Shown piece by piece: positions 13,481-25,563 of a stretch of 64,000 nt of DNA. The DNA comes from Marsupella aquatica. Its lineage: Eukaryota; Plantae; Marchantiophyta. The DNA lies in contig OZ316891.1 in NCBI GenBank assembly GCA_973895155.1, positions 6,295,708-6,359,707 on the forward strand, in the 5' to 3' direction. The position numbers were made by a program, and so were the translations under genes. Numbering within the stretch: position 1 is the first letter of the stretch; every line of letters begins with the position of its first letter. The notes under the pieces were generated by a model. The model saw only the letters and a list, made by a program, of their open reading frames with translations, was not told the DNA's origin and made no database searches.

Positions 13481-15668
13481 TAGAGTTAAATTGGAGCGCA
13501 CTTTTCTCAAGTCTTGTCCTTGCTCTTACTAACCTCCTCTTTGTTAGTTGCATCCCTAATGGTCATGATGGTAGCAAATCTAAGAGGGGCTCAACGCTGG
13601 GATTAGGCAACGCCGGAGCAATTACAAGTAGGTGAAAGTTGTATTTGCGACTACATGCAAAACATGACATAATCCATACAGTTGTATGATTTTTGCCTTG
13701 AGATCACAACTATGGTTGCCAAGCAAAGGAAGACTTTCCCAGCCTCCTCACCACCACCATTGCTGAAAAACAGTTCATGTAGATCTTACCTAGGAACAGA
13801 TGCGGGACTACATGATGCTCTTCACAATTATCCATTGAAAAGAATCTTGATTTGGGTGCTTAACCACCCATTTCGTGCCTATATAGGGCAAGCAAAATAA
13901 AAAAACCATAAGTATCTGAATGCACAATCACACATTTCTGATATAATGTGAATAATGTGTTGATAATATTCCTACTTTCTACTACAAACAACAGAGATAT
14001 CAATCAATATGCCAATTTTAAACGTATACACTTCCATTGTGTCAATCTCAACAGTCTGTTATGTCCAACCATGCTTAAACTATGCTGTAGTTAAGCTAAC
14101 CAGGTGCTAGACTTAAGTACCAAAAATATGGAGAAAATTAAGGATAAACTAGAGGGCTTTGAGTCAGAGTTGATTTCATAGTTTATAGTTTCATAGTTAA
14201 TACCATTTCCATGAGGAAATCTCTCCTCAAACTAGACAACCAGATGGATAATGTGAAAAGCTTATTTATCGTCACTTCAATGACATAAGCCAACATTGAT
14301 GTATATATTTAACTGAGCTAATGTCCATTCTAATAGAAATGTTCCATGCAGCACAAAGAAAAGGAATGGAAATACTATTCTAGTAGTAAGAAGCACTTTT
14401 CATAATGTACAGAATGTCAAGAAGCATTTTTCTGGCCAAGGGAGGAAGGGCAATGGTACAGAAGAGCAGAAAATAATTTGGTGGCAATGCAATTGTCAGG
14501 CCAACTTGTCCACTGCCTTGGCCATCCCACCTATGCTCGAAAACATTTTTGCTCAACATCACTAGCTATTGACAATATTGTGTAGTGCAAAAGGCATTGG
14601 GTACTATGGCAGTAATTCATTGTTTCTATGCCATACCCAAAATACCCTACTATGGCTACCAACTCACTACCTGACTATAGTTATTGTTCAATCAACATTC
14701 TATGAGATGTGGGACATAACAACTGTCCGTTTGGTGGGGCCTAAATGAATGAAACACAAAAAGAGTTGTTCAGACCCTGACTTTTCAAACTGTCTTGGTA
14801 GGACCTTTATTGATGCACTCTTAGCATGTTCGTGTCTACATTCTTGATAGCTTGGGAAGACACAGCACATGACCACAATTCAGGGCCAAAGTGGTATCTT
14901 CTGCGTGAATGTATGATGGCAAACTCGAGCTCAATCTGGACAGGCTCAAGCAAAGTTTAGCTGGGACTCTCTAGCGCTGGTGGGAGATGAGAAATGTTTG
15001 ATTGTTTCTTTTGCCAGGGAGGAGGGCAAGACAAGAACCATAGGGAGTTGAGGTGAGCCACAAAGGAAAGCTGACACAAATAGGGCAGGGAGGGTTATGT
15101 AGGGTTCCCGAAACAAAGGAAGAGAGGGCTTGGGTTTTGTCCCAACGACTCACTACAGAAGCCCATATTGACCTCATCTCAAGGGTCTTGAAATTTTCAC
15201 TGAATCTTCCACCCCCAACTTTGCTTCCTCTGTCTCACTGCCTCTTGCCTGGGTTTTATAGCCCTTCCCTTGACCTGACCCTTAACACCATATACTAGAA
15301 CACACTGACCTCATCTATACTATAATTCAAAATTAAATCTATTATGCATGACTTACTTGATAGAGTGAAAGCGCATGCCATAATTTCTATTGAAGTAACA
15401 AGTTTTGATATCCACCTAAAACTTTTGTCCCTTCATGCATGAGCAGAGTATTCTGTTAATTGTCACAACATCTCAAGATATATTCAATAATCGAGGTCTC
15501 GCCAAGTAGGGTCACCCTCTTATTATTATGTCAAACCATGCAAATTTCTCTGGGCATAACTTGAGGCCTCGCGAACTACTTAAATAATTATGTACTCTTT
15601 GGGTCAAATTTTGCAATTCTCTTGGGGAATAACTCACTTTATAGTTGCAGATTTCAAGATGACTGTAC

Positions 15669-15840
15669 CAGTGTTTTTTTTTGTGGCAAAAATTTGCCAA
15701 ATTCCACCTTCCCAAAAATCATTTGCCACTTTAGGTGAAAATTGGCTACTATTTTGTTGTCTCATTAGCCAGTGTTCCACCTAATCCCAGGCCCCTTTAG
15801 CCACAATCTAACGGTCAGCCTTTAAAGTAGGGAGATCTGA
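15669..15840 (+). repeat. hAT/MITE-like terminal repeat (starts CAGTGTTTTTTT)
   Basis: Reverse-complement match to 20308-20479; related copies at about 52672-52960. Confidence 0.8.
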
Positions 15841-16747
15841 TGGTCAGGAAAATAATTGAGTAGTGAATCTTTTGAACATCTTTTCTTTCACACACTGTAC
15901 ATTCGCGACTCTGGCAAAAATCCTTAAAAAAATACGCTGGACTGTACTATCCAGCTCGTCTTGGGACCTCGTCCTGGGACAGAATTAGATGCAGCAGCAT
16001 CACTCAGGTACCGTAATCCTTTGGGACAGCATTAATTTGGAGTGCTGAGAACAAATGATTGCCTCCCAGACAGCATTACTGTAACATCTTCGAGAGGGAT
16101 GGTAGGACAACGGCAGGAATGAAACGCGAGCATTCAAGGATGCAAGTCTCAAATAGATAGCCAAAGCCATTTGTGGCCAATGACAAGGTACTACATCATT
16201 CCATTCACGAAGAAACCAAGGATTGTTGTACTCGTCAGTAGGCTATGGGATTTACGAGACACTCAGACAGTCTGTTCCTGGCTGCGGTCATGCTTCCCAG
16301 GAGGGGACGTATGATTCGTTAGTTATTGCGGATTTTTCATTCTACAGTGTTAGTGTTTCCACGTCGTGTTAGAATTCCAACATTCCATAAGATTTAGCAG
16401 TAAGTTGCAGCTGGAGCCAGGAGGGCAATTCTTAATCAAGTAGAAAGGACAACTTCCAGAGACAAATTCGAAAGCCGCTATAGTTGAGACCAGCGGTTTT
16501 ATTGGATGTTTGAGGCCATGCATTGATTGACGAGGTGTTGGGCATTAGTGGGGTCCCGAAGAGCTTGGGTCTCGGTAATTGCATATCAAAATATGACATA
16601 TAAGTTGTAAGACTCCCCTGCATACCGTGATAATTCTAGTTTTTTTTTCTTTTCAATCAATGAATGCAATCACATTTTGATGTGTGATTACCAGAGGGGA
16701 AGAGCTTGTCTGGTGACTACATCTTTTGATGTGTGACTACATTCTAT

Positions 16748-17435
16748 GAAGTTGCTATATGGTGAATCCAACTCTCATGTTTTGTCTTATTCATATTTGT
16801 GTATCATGAATTTTTATTTGAATGTACCTTAACAAGGGGCATCCTTTGTATCACATAGACTTTTAATTCATTTTTGGACCCCTTTAAATTTTTGGTATTC
16901 TATAGTGTTTTGAATTTATTTTGGCAGCCCCCTTAAATTTGCAAACTTTGTTAAGTACTAGAGAGAAACTAAGGGCTTCATTTTCTACAGCTTTTAAGTA
17001 TACTCATGAGTGAGAGGAATGATTCTAAGAAATGTCAGCACATCCTGTCTTAAAGTCCCCTTGTGGCTTTCTTTCCTAAGTTTATGGTTTTTATTGAATA
17101 AGAGTCATTAATAAGACACACTGAAATACGTGCACAACTCGTAGGATCTTTCATCTTTGTGTAATGAAATTGTACTTTCCATTGGTCACTATGTGCTTTT
17201 ATTGCATATGTTTTATTTATATTATTTGATTTCATTGTGCACAACTCTTAGCAACTTTGTGTAATAAAATTATACTTTCCATTGGTCACTATGTGCTTTT
17301 ATTGCATGTACTTTATTTATATTATTTGATTTCATTCACATTTAATATGTATTCTAGTCTTACTCTTTAATTTTGTCCACTTAATATCACTACAAGACAA
17401 AAAGTAAAGCATGTTCCAGGATGAGCATGCTATAT
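16748..17435 (+). repeat. Dispersed AT-rich repeat, copy 2 (with an internal ~100-bp tandem duplication at about 17157-17337)
   Basis: Matches 10843-11384 in direct orientation. Confidence 0.85.
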
Positions 17436-20307
17436 TTGGTCAAATACATACAGTAGTAGCCGTGGTTCTTTCAATGGTGGAAAAACACTAAATTTTCCAA
17501 GACAATGAGATGTCGTTGCCATTTTTGGGGATAGTTTGTTTGTCTTCCACTAGCGAATTTTCCATCTAGCTAGCACCCATTAGCCAGAATTTGGCAGTTA
17601 TCCTTCAAATCTAGGAATTCTAATGATCAGAAATTAATTTAGGAAAATGACTACACCTCTTTAAGAAATAAGAAGTCTTCACTTTGCTAAAATTGGATAG
17701 ATTTATTATCTGACACTGGCAGAAATCTGACAAATTATCCTTAAATCTAGCTACATGTGATGATCAGACATTAATCTAGAAAGTTAAACAAATAATACTC
17801 CTGACATCTTTTCCCTCACACAAGGTGACATTTGCAAGTGTTGTTGAGAGAAAACAGCCTTGAATTAATCTTCATAGTAGGCTCTAGTCACGTCGACAGG
17901 AACATACAGACGGTAGGTTTTCTCTGGAAGCTATGTATTGGTCGGTTGGTTTGAATGCACGTGGCCCCATTCAGTTGATTGGACCTCTCAGCCTGTTATC
18001 TGGTAGGTCCCAGAATAATGGCAAAACCTTCTGGAAATATTTTTTTAAAACCGTGTTTTGACCGAATTCATTTGTATAGAGCAGGGCCTGCTCTGCACTT
18101 GTACCCTTGTTGGTAACCACATATCAAAATGTGCTAAAATGTGGTGTACATGGTAAGCATTAGTAAGTAAACCACCCCAAACATGTGGCAAGACAGAGTA
18201 GTGCACGTGTTTAGTATCTTAAGAATATTAATTATGGTACTATGGTAATCTAGATCCACCAGATTTTTCTTTGGAGACAATGGTGCTTTAAGCAAGCTAT
18301 CACTTGTAAAAACACACAACACAGGGTAAAGGCACTTTGCATTATGAATGGACCCAAGTGTATTTGACAGTTTGAAAGAAAACTCCCAAGAGATACCCAA
18401 GTGAATTGTGACAGTTTGAGAGAAAACTCCCAAGAAACAGCCTGGAGAGAGTAGACACAGAGAAACGTGGATGCAATTGAAAATGAACTTGCCAGAAGTA
18501 CAATTCACCTTTGAGGGAGACATTACAATCAATGTGGATCCAAAATTCTTTTGTCTAGAATTAGACAGAACTTTCTCTAGTTGCAGCGATCAAGTAGTGG
18601 AAGAGTTAGTAATGGATCATTGGATATTACGCTACACTTGTCAATAAAGGACAGAGGCAAATCCTTGATAATAACTGACATTGCACATTTATATATTTGT
18701 TGTCTACTGTAGTTTCTGGCTTCTGCACTTACATATCGTGCTCAAAACCTAAATTCACAAGGAAAAGTTTTGCCACGAAACTCGACTACCTGCACTAATC
18801 CATTGAATGTATTTATAGATGTTGGACATGGTGGACTGTAGTAACTTGGCCTCCTACATTCCTGGCTACAATTGATGATAGCAAACCATCTTGATAGGTG
18901 TGCACTCTTTTTATTCCTTCCCGTCTCCTGAGAGCTTCTATAATGAAAATAGGTACACCAAATGGAGATTCGGTCTGTACAATAGATTCCAAGTTCGCTA
19001 CAAGTATGAATTGAAAGAAATACTACTAACTAGAATTTTAGCACTCATTTCGTTCGTTCACATCTTCTGAAAGCTGGAACATTCATTTAGCCAGCAAACC
19101 AGCAGTTCCAGTAAATAAAACGAGATTCAATCTGTAAATACGTTCGTCAGTGGCGCGTTTGCCTTGAAGAGAGCACTTCCCAGAAATGCAAGAAAAAGAA
19201 TTACAACTTTCGTGTCAAACAATAAAATAATAGCGCACACCAAGAATTGCAAGCTTGAAGATTCTCCAATCTTCAGCACAAATTTAGGAAACACACTCAT
19301 CCATGATTGTGTTTATTGCAGGAGATTCGTCTTATCATTGAGAATTTCGATTCGCTCGTCGTTTCGTACGAAGAGCGTTCAAATTTGAAAGTTACTTGAG
19401 TTATGCAGAGTGTTTGAATCAAAGATATATGAAAGTTGTCTCATGTTACCGCAAGGTTATATACAATGAAGACCTGAAGACCATCGATGTTACTTTGTGA
19501 CCTGGGCAACAAAGTAATCATGGTGCTCGCTTTGTTGTTGCCCCGGGGTTGTTGCAACATGTTATGACAACAAATATCCCGTTATTCCAAGCACGTGCAG
19601 TGTCCAGCCCACTCTTTCAGGATGAATATTAATTATGAATCTGCTTGCAGGAAAGTAATCCGTGCCTAACCCAGTACCGATCTGGCCCTGGATCTGAGAA
19701 CATGCGTCGAAATTCGTGTTCCTTAAATGGCCTAGCAGCTGCCAGGGCATGGGACTAGCAGGCAGGAAGCTGGACCCCCCTGAGATAGTCTAACAGAGAG
19801 GTTGAGCCTGCCACAGACCTCGTTTGAATATTCCACGATGTTCATGCTGTAGTACCAGCTATTGTTTTGGTGGCGAATTCGCTAGATTGCATCTCATTGG
19901 TTTTGCCTCAGTTCTCACATAGCCCTAGACCTCATGAGTCACTTAGAACACTTAGACAGCTATAATCTGACAGTTATCGTTAAAATCTAAGGTAATCTAA
20001 ACATTCAAAAATTATAATAAAAATATTCTTAGTATCTTTCTCGTTCGCACACGGTTATATTTGTCACTCTGACTTTAAGAACACTGAAATCTATGCTGGC
20101 AGGTACGAACCTGGAGACCGCTCAATTAGTCTAATATACTAAACTAGAGGTAGCTCCTGCTACAAATCTAGTTTGAATGCGTGTAGTAGTGTTTTTTTAA
20201 GGATTTCACTTGTTCGCCAAGGTGGCGAATGTAAAGTGTGTCAAGGAGAAGATGCTCAAAAGATTCTGTATTCAATTATGTTCTTGATCATCAAATCTCC
20301 CTAGATG

Positions 20308-20479
20308 TCAGATCTCCCTAGATTTAAGGCGGACTGTTAGATTTTGGCTAAAGGGGCCTGGGATTAAGTGGAACACTGGCTAATGAGACAGCAAAAAAGT
20401 AGCAAATTTTAACCAAAAGTGGCGAAGGATTTTTGGGGAGATGGAATCTAGCTAATTTTGGCCACTAAGAAAAACACTG
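20308..20479 (-). repeat. hAT/MITE-like terminal repeat, inverted partner of 15669-15840
   Basis: TCAGATCTCCCTA...GGCTAAAGGGGCCTGGGATTAAGTGGAACACTGGCTAATGAGACA...AAAGTGGCGAA...AAAAACACTG is the reverse complement of 15669-15840 with scattered mismatches. Confidence 0.8.
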
Positions 20480-22217
20480 GCGTGTAGCATACCAGCCTAG
20501 TTTTTAGTGGCAAAAATTCAAAATATGACAAAATCTGTCACACTAAAAAGTCTTAGCTACAGTATTTTCGGCAAAAATTGACTCTAGTTGTTTTCTTCTA
20601 TTAGCTACAGTAGTTGGCCACTCATGACATTCTAGGAGCAAATTAGAATAAGTTATTTTCATCAGACAAAGAAAACAGAGTTACAACTCGTGTTTGGGAG
20701 CGCATCACAACAAAAGTCCACAGGGAATTTGACCAAGATCCCTGACCAAAAAGCGATTGGCACCAAGCATGTCCCCTTGAATTGTCCTGACCTAAAATTA
20801 TCATGATACAACAGTCTTCGAGTACAATTATTACCGTGAAAATTCCTTTAAATTAAATATATTCTCTGGGCTACTAATGTAAGACACTCTTAAGTACCAT
20901 TATTCTCTGGGCTACTAATGTAAAATAATAAGTATACCTCACGGTGTCTTGGCAGTGCTGGTACATAACTGTTTTGAAACCTCTTCCCAGGAGCGACCAC
21001 TCTAAGAATTGCAACGGATGTTGGAGCCCTTTATTTGCTCTTAAAAATTAGATGACAGACCAGTCTCAATTAAATGGAAAACCTGGGCATGGAGTGGCTG
21101 GTGCAACTCTCAAATTAACATTCAGGTTCTTGGGCATGACAACAAAGAGCTAGAGTATTGTCCAGAGGTAGACAATTATCTCCATACTCTTCGTTTCCAT
21201 CCTCATTCATGTGAATAGTCATGTGCTCCTGTCTTGCATTTCGGGTTTAGGGCATCTCTGGCAAGGTTCCCTTCAGCCCTCCCCCTACCAGAAAGATAAA
21301 GCTTAAAAAATCTCAATGTGAGCAGTTCAATTTTTTAGGTCCAAAGGACTGGATCTCCTTACTCCATAATTTCAGGGGCTCTGACTCCAAAAAGCCAACC
21401 AACTTCCTGTTTAGTTCCCACTGAGTTGTTCAGAATTGGGAACCAATGAAAATAATAAGAATAATAATAAATTGGGAAGCAATGAATCAATCTCCCAATA
21501 GTGAAAACGCTACTCATGAGAGGAACGCTCACAGTTAGCGTAAACATTCTTGAAATTTATTTAAAATGACACTGCAATAATGGCATGAAGAAAATGAAGC
21601 TGTCACTAGAATAATAGGGAATAGCTGATATTTTAGCAGTGCATGACATACTTTGCAACCAAGGGTGGCTTCACAAGAAGTCAAGAGCACTTGTGAATGT
21701 TTTCACCAAAGGTAAATTAAGAGACATTCGTTCCAAACAGAGACTCCATATTTCAGATCAATAAATGAAAATCTCTGGAATGTATGAGCTACAGTCTGGA
21801 AATGTAAAATTCTAGACAGGATAAGTACTCCAATGCAACATTTACTTTGGCTCACTACTTTCCCTGTAGGTTGAAACACACCATTGATGAATGGACCCCT
21901 AGTTTTTCTAAAGCCAATGGCAGCAGTCCTGATAAGGTCCAGATTAATCTTGGCCCTGGGCTTTGTAAAGCCATCTAAACCATTCCTTAACAGCAAGCTC
22001 ATATGGTTGAAAAGTATGACAAGCTATTGAGGGGGGCCTTACTGACTGTTACAAAAATACTCACTGGTCACCATTGCATACATTAAGTTAAATTGTCTGA
22101 GCCAAAATGTGTCAGGTCTGGACAAAATTAATGCAAGATCATAAATAAAAATGGGCCAAGCTGTCCATTCTTCAGACAACCTCAGGAGGTCTATGGTACT
22201 CGATAAAAATAAAACAT

Positions 22218-22450
22218 GGCCATGTCAGCTAGCCGGGGACCCCACAGCAGTAGCATGAGACTAGGATCAACAATAGTTTTATTATTCGATTGTGCCTCCA
22301 AAAATAGTGAAATGTAAATCTGGCATGTTTCCACATTTGAATGGCTAGGGCCATGTCAGCAAAACAGGGTCCACTGAAGTAGCATGAGACTAGGACCAAC
22401 AATAGTTTTATTATTACATTGTGCCCCCAAGTTTATGTAAAGTGAAATTT
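22218..22450 (+). repeat. ~130-bp tandem duplication belonging to a dispersed repeat family
   Basis: GGCCATGTCAGC...AGTAGCATGAGACTAGGA.CAACAATAGTTTTATTATT...TTGTGCC.CCAA occurs twice. The TTGTGCCCCCAAGTT.ATGTAAA core recurs many times at 49100-50720. Confidence 0.75.
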
Positions 22451-25400
22451 GAAAGGCCACGATTGCATCTCTGCCAAAAAAAAGGGTCTCTATTGGACCA
22501 AAATACACACAGGTCCTGACCACCGAAAGTCGGACGCTGATCGCACTTATTTGACTAGATTTTGACTTACATTATTTCACCATTCCAGCTCGCTGTTTCG
22601 AATGATGATGACTCCAATTAATTATTTCGAAAGCTGCTTTCCCGTCCCCCCTATCCCCCCTATCCTCGTCCCACAAACCGACGCTAGATTCGACAATTTT
22701 CGATTCTCACAAAATTTGACTCCATGTCTCGTGCCTCGTGCTCCCTTTTCTGTCGTCCGTGTGAGGACATCGAAGGTCCAATTCAAACGCCCAGAGAGGA
22801 CTCACTGGTCTGTCGTCAGGTTCGAAGAAAATCTCAAACCAGGCAAGACTGTGAGGTGATGAGAGCGAACTGATATGACTCGCTCGGCATCCCAATGAAC
22901 TTTCCCGCCCGCACCAAACGTTCATAGATTAGCACGAGCAAAAAGTTCATGAGGTCAGCTAGAAGGTGCGTAGATTGTCCTGAAAACTCGATCCCGGCCG
23001 TCGAGCAGCGAAATCGGCGGTATGAAAGCATTGGATCAGTTGTGAATTAGAGCGCGAAACTGAAATGCTAGCCTCTACAGTAGGGCTCCAGGGGATCGGA
23101 GGTGGATGAGGGAGGTTAGGGGCCAGACGCAACATTAAATGCTCCTGGGGAGGGGTACAGACAACTCACATCATCCTAGGTCTGAAATCTGAGCTCCGTA
23201 GTCCAAACCATACGATGCCATGCCATGACAGTCGCCTCGATCTTCGGTACTCGTACTCGAGAAGTCACCAGGCAGCCCACCACACGAATGAAGAGCAAAA
23301 GGCACCGTCGTCCGGAGTTGAATTTATTGCTACTGCAAAAACGGCTGCACCAGCAGGAAAATCCATCTGTCAATTGTACAACGAGTGTTCGCTCTCTCTC
23401 TCTCGCCGATCCCTCTGATGAAGACTTGCGACGACGATGATTTGACAATAACTTACTAACGGAATCCATGATAATATCATCTAAGTCTCTTAATTTGCTG
23501 CTCACGTTTTCCTCGCGTGCGAAATACACGGAACTTTTTTGGCTCAATGTTGGTGCCCAGACCCAACTTTGGTCTCAGTGAGTGTAACTTCACTACTTTA
23601 TTCTTCTAGGGGAATACAACGATAGTAATTTGCCATTCAATTTGATTTCATTCAGAACCCCAGTACTCTCAAAACGCATCCCTTGCTTTGTATTGCCAAA
23701 GTGCAGGACTGCAGCCTTTCCCGAAATGCAGTCCGAAAATGAAGATCCTTGCTTTGAGGCTGTTAGGCCCAAGTAGACAAACTCCTGAAACTGAAGAATG
23801 TGCAGAATGAGGATGATTGGCGAGCTTTGTATTGCAGCTTTCTCTATAATCCAGCGCCAAAAAGTAAGACGCATGCTTGCAGCCTTTTAGCATCAAGAAG
23901 CCAGACAAACCCCTGAAACAAGAGTAAATTTTCAACATTTATGATGATTAGCAAGGTTCCGGGCGAGAAAACAAACCAACACCTGAAGTTTGCAGTACTT
24001 GAGGTGTTGCAGGTAGCCGAATAAATCGGTCGGGTTCATTCGAGCCACATTTAAACCCTAGGAATGTTTCTTCGTCCCTCATTAAATTTGCTCAAAAGCT
24101 TTGTTCACGTTGACTTGGATCCCAAGGGTCGACTTTTCTTTCCTGGAATAAAGTTTAGGTCGGACTGTGTTTAAGTTTCGTTGAAGGCTTGGAAGTTGAA
24201 AGCAGTAGAAATTATGAAGAGAATAACCCAAGAGAATACAGCAACAGGTTGGGGTTGGTACCGAAGTCACCCATTCAGGGAACTTCTCAAGTGGTAGTCT
24301 TGCGTCACCGTACCTTAGTTGTGAGAGACACACCTGACAAGCACGCACAGACTGTCAGACATGGTGATTCATCCCCAAAATGAGTCTAGATCACAAGCTG
24401 ATACGGTTTTGCGCTATTTCAGTCTCTCTGCAATCTGCAGACTGATTAACCAGGATGAGCTGAGCAGAGCAGGGCCGTCAGAAGGGTTAGCTTTCCACAG
24501 TGAGGTCTGCACCCGTACTGTGCAACACCTGCTTGATCATTTCGTCGACCTCCTGCCACTCATCATAACAGGCTAACGAACAGCCTAAGCCCTTCTTGGG
24601 AAAACCAAAACAATCGACCGACCCAGCTCCCGCCAAACCTCTTCGTATGAATTCATTCTATATGAAATTATATGCAACAGACTCTGCAACGAAGGATGGA
24701 AACTAGCTGACTGAGCCAATTTGTACCATGCTTTTCTAGCTCGTCCTTACATGGAGCCACGTTCACGACCGATGACGAAGTTGGATCTAACCAGAAGAAA
24801 GTCCGTCTCTAGTTCATTATAGCGTATCCTTGTCGCTCACCGTGAAGCTCTCTCCTGGATCGTTAGTACGTCCAAGAATTTCAACATGTAAAGATTAGAC
24901 AACTGTTTTGGGGAGACCATGGTACGCTTCCCTATCGACTTACAGCCACAGGTCACAGGCTCACAGCACCGAGGACAGACGTACGTCAGCCATTTGTCTT
25001 GCTCCAGAAGCTAGGCTCCAGCTCTCGTTTTGAGCACGACCTCGAGATGAAATGGTGCAGAAGAGAATGCGTTCAGCTGCTATTCTTCTAGACGAGGAAG
25101 TGATATTCTCCGTCAATTAATAACTCTACAGTAGAAGCTTAGTCTTCAGAATTGATAAAGTCTTCTAGAGGAAAGGGAAACTTCATAATTGGGCGATCGA
25201 GTCAATTCTATGAAGTTCCGCCGAGATATCGTTCAGTTGCTTGTTCGTGTCCGTTGTGTCCAACGGAAAGTGTACTCTAGAGAGACAATTTCAAGTTAGC
25301 TGCATGGACCTTTCGACACTTATCTGCATAGAACAATGATAGGAAACTACTTATCTCCATCTAGACTAGAAATCCCATATCAGCTGCCAGACGATTGTAT

Positions 25401-25563
25401 GAGATCTTACTTAGCTCTGAGCTATCTGGACGACGCAGACACACAATTCTACAATAACATGGTCTAGCTAGCTGAAAGCTCTAGTTGAGCTGTGACTTAA
25501 TCTAGATTTGGCTTCGCCTCTACTACGAAGGACACTGTGGAGAGATTTAATTGACGTTCAATC

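Noticed and set aside
18134-18532. 132-aa minus-strand ORF
   Set aside because: No domain similarity or splice context; it includes a local duplication and lies in a repeat-rich interval.
23941-23986. ATGATGA...CTGA pair suggesting a C/D snoRNA
   Set aside because: Only about 45 nt between the boxes, no convincing terminal stem and no recognisable rRNA guide.
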